64,000 bases of DNA from Bacteroidota bacterium (GTDB lineage: Bacteria; Bacteroidota; Bacteroidia; 2-12-FULL-35-15), in assembly GCA_016707685.1 (NCBI GenBank), contig JADJHE010000004.1, positions 60,007-124,006 on the forward strand. Direction: 5' to 3'. A program made the translations under genes and the position numbers. The notes beneath the pieces were generated by a model that searched no databases, was not told the DNA's origin, and worked only from the letters and a program-made list of their open reading frames with translations. Positions 62,536-64,000 of the stretch are shown one piece after another; within the stretch, counting starts at the first letter, position 1; each line of letters begins with the position of its first letter.

Positions 62536-63387
62536 TTAAAAGCTGTAGGCTTTAAAACTTTTAGAGAACTCATCTTCCGCAAATTTTACATTCGTTTTCA
62601 TATTGTAAAACTCGTATGCTTCAAACAACCCCTGTTCATCATATACTTTCAAATTTATTGGCAATGCCGTTTTTTTATCGATATACATGATTCCTTTATT
62701 GGAATAAGGAATTGGAATAGTTAACTTTTTACCTTCTTTAATGGTTCCAAAGTAACTCGATAAATCATTTTTATATCTAATTTTAAAATCGCTTGTATTG
62801 AGCTTTTGCGCAATACTTGTAACCGTTTCTCCTTTCCCTACAACATATTCAATGTACTTATATTCAGGATACTCAATAATTAACTGATAACATTCAATTT
62901 TATTCCAGGTAATAACACCTGCATAGGTAAAATGTTTGTCGAAATCCTTTGGTGATTTTAAAATGGTATTAGCAATAACAGAGCCAATGTAATGTGTCCC
63001 TAAATCAAAAATAGTATGGTGTTGATCTTTGCGCATAATTGAGCCGTAAGGATCTAAATCCAAATTCATCATAGGCAGTGTCTTCGAGTGCACCACTGCA
63101 TTCCCTTTATTAGTACCCGTTACCCAAAGCACTTCAAACCCTTTGGGTGGACTTTTAAAATATATTTTTTTAGGATAGTAGTTGATTTTAACATGTGATT
63201 CGGCAAACAATAAACGGTCGCCCACGCGCTCTGTCGACTTTAAACTGTATGTCTGCGTTTTAATATTCTTTATTGAATCAAGCATACTCTCCACAATTTC
63301 GCGACAGGAAGGAATGGCACTTGGAGTGTGATTTCCAAGAATTGTTACTAATGCTAGAAATAAGAGGGAAAACTTTACAATTCGCAT
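62536..63387 (-). CDS. LysM-domain exported protein (283 aa)
   Basis: Signal peptide. LysM motif GETVTSIAQKLNTSDFKIRYKN. Conserved central LDPYGSIMRKDQHHTIFDLG block. Confidence 0.6.
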   Translation of the reverse strand: MRIVKFSLLFLALVTILGNHTPSAIPSCREIVESMLDSIKNIKTQTYSLKSTERVGDRLLFAESHVKINYYPKKIYFKSPPKGFEVLWVTGTNKGNAVVHSKTLPMMNLDLDPYGSIMRKDQHHTIFDLGTHYIGSVIANTILKSPKDFDKHFTYAGVITWNKIECYQLIIEYPEYKYIEYVVGKGETVTSIAQKLNTSDFKIRYKNDLSSYFGTIKEGKKLTIPIPYSNKGIMYIDKKTALPINLKVYDEQGLFEAYEFYNMKTNVKFAEDEFSKSFKAYSF

Positions 63388-63463
63388 AATTGCAAACTTA
63401 CTAAAAAGGCATGTATGCTATTGCTTAAAATGTGTATTTTCGTAGAAAGAATTCAAAAATAAA

Positions 63464-64000
63464 ATGAATATAGTTGGAATAATTCCTGCACGATTTGCAT
63501 CTACTCGTTTTCCTGGAAAACCCTTAATTGATATTGCTGGCAAAACAATGATTCAGCGTGTATACGAGCAGGCAAAAAAAGCCAATAGCATATCTGAAGT
63601 AGTCGTAGCAACGGATGATGAACGCATTGCTCAGCATGTTCAGTCGTTTGGTGGAAATGTAGTAATGACAAGTGAAAATCATCAAAGTGGAACAGACCGA
63701 TGCTTTGAAGCAATCGAAAAATTCGAAATAAATGCGGATGCAGTCATCAACATTCAAGGCGATGAGCCATTTATACAACCCGAACAAATCGATTTGGTAG
63801 CCTCTTGTTTTTCCTTAAAAGAAACCGAATTAGCTACGCTTGTAAAAAAAATTAGTACAAACGAAGAGTTATTCAACCCTAACACCCCTAAAGTGTTGTT
63901 AAACAGCAACAAAGAAGCTATTTATTTCAGTCGCCAAACCATTCCACACATCCGTGGAAAGGAACAAAACGAGTGGCTAAAGCAACATACCTTTTACAAA
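63464..64000 (+). CDS. kdsB: 3-deoxy-manno-octulosonate cytidylyltransferase (CMP-KDO synthetase), 3' end beyond window
   Basis: MNIVGIIPARFASTRFPGKPL...NIQGDEPF motifs. Open to the window edge. Confidence 0.9.
   Translation, partial: MNIVGIIPARFASTRFPGKPLIDIAGKTMIQRVYEQAKKANSISEVVVATDDERIAQHVQSFGGNVVMTSENHQSGTDRCFEAIEKFEINADAVINIQGDEPFIQPEQIDLVASCFSLKETELATLVKKISTNEELFNPNTPKVLLNSNKEAIYFSRQTIPHIRGKEQNEWLKQHTFYK

Noticed and set aside
63501-63787. Minus-strand ORFs 63501..63713 and 63524..63787
   Set aside because: They are antisense to the well-supported kdsB reading frame.
1-64000. Search for CRISPR arrays, transposases, integrases, phage genes, restriction-modification or other known defence modules
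   Set aside because: There are no direct-repeat/spacer arrays, no DDE/serine/tyrosine recombinase-like ORFs, and no helicase/nuclease/methyltransferase combinations. RadC (JAB) is solitary. The window looks like core chromosome with envelope-related accessory genes.

Overview
This is a low-GC, Bacteroidetes-type chromosomal segment (Flavobacteriia/Sphingobacteriia-like). The assignment rests on T9SS C-terminal sorting domains, a PorP/SprF gene, a gldE-gldD pair, an archaeal-type ProRS, and -33 TTTG / -7 TAnnTTTG promoters. Coding density is high and mostly housekeeping: gcvP, proS, rpsT, upp, coaX, gpmI, ribE, pepA, pdxA, recJ, metF, lepA, kdsB, ferritin, csp, tRNA-Glu and tRNA-Phe. Mixed in are envelope and accessory genes. 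There are two convergent SprB-repeat T9SS type-B adhesins and a tandem pair of type-A CTD secreted proteins. There are three FadL-like OMPs and a TonB-dependent receptor. A five-gene wecB/deacetylase/AAC(3)/FemAB-like cluster is present. A 1131-aa membrane-anchored coiled-coil protein sits next to a GHKL ATPase. There is also a striking Tyr/Asn/Gly-rich lipoprotein. I found no CRISPR array, transposase, integrase or recognisable defence system. The main caveat is that at least ~20 ORF pairs are interrupted by single-base indels, mostly at short A/T homopolymers, and the essential genes proS and rpsT are among them. This points to homopolymer sequencing errors rather than genuine pseudogenes, and every frameshift call below should be read with that in mind.
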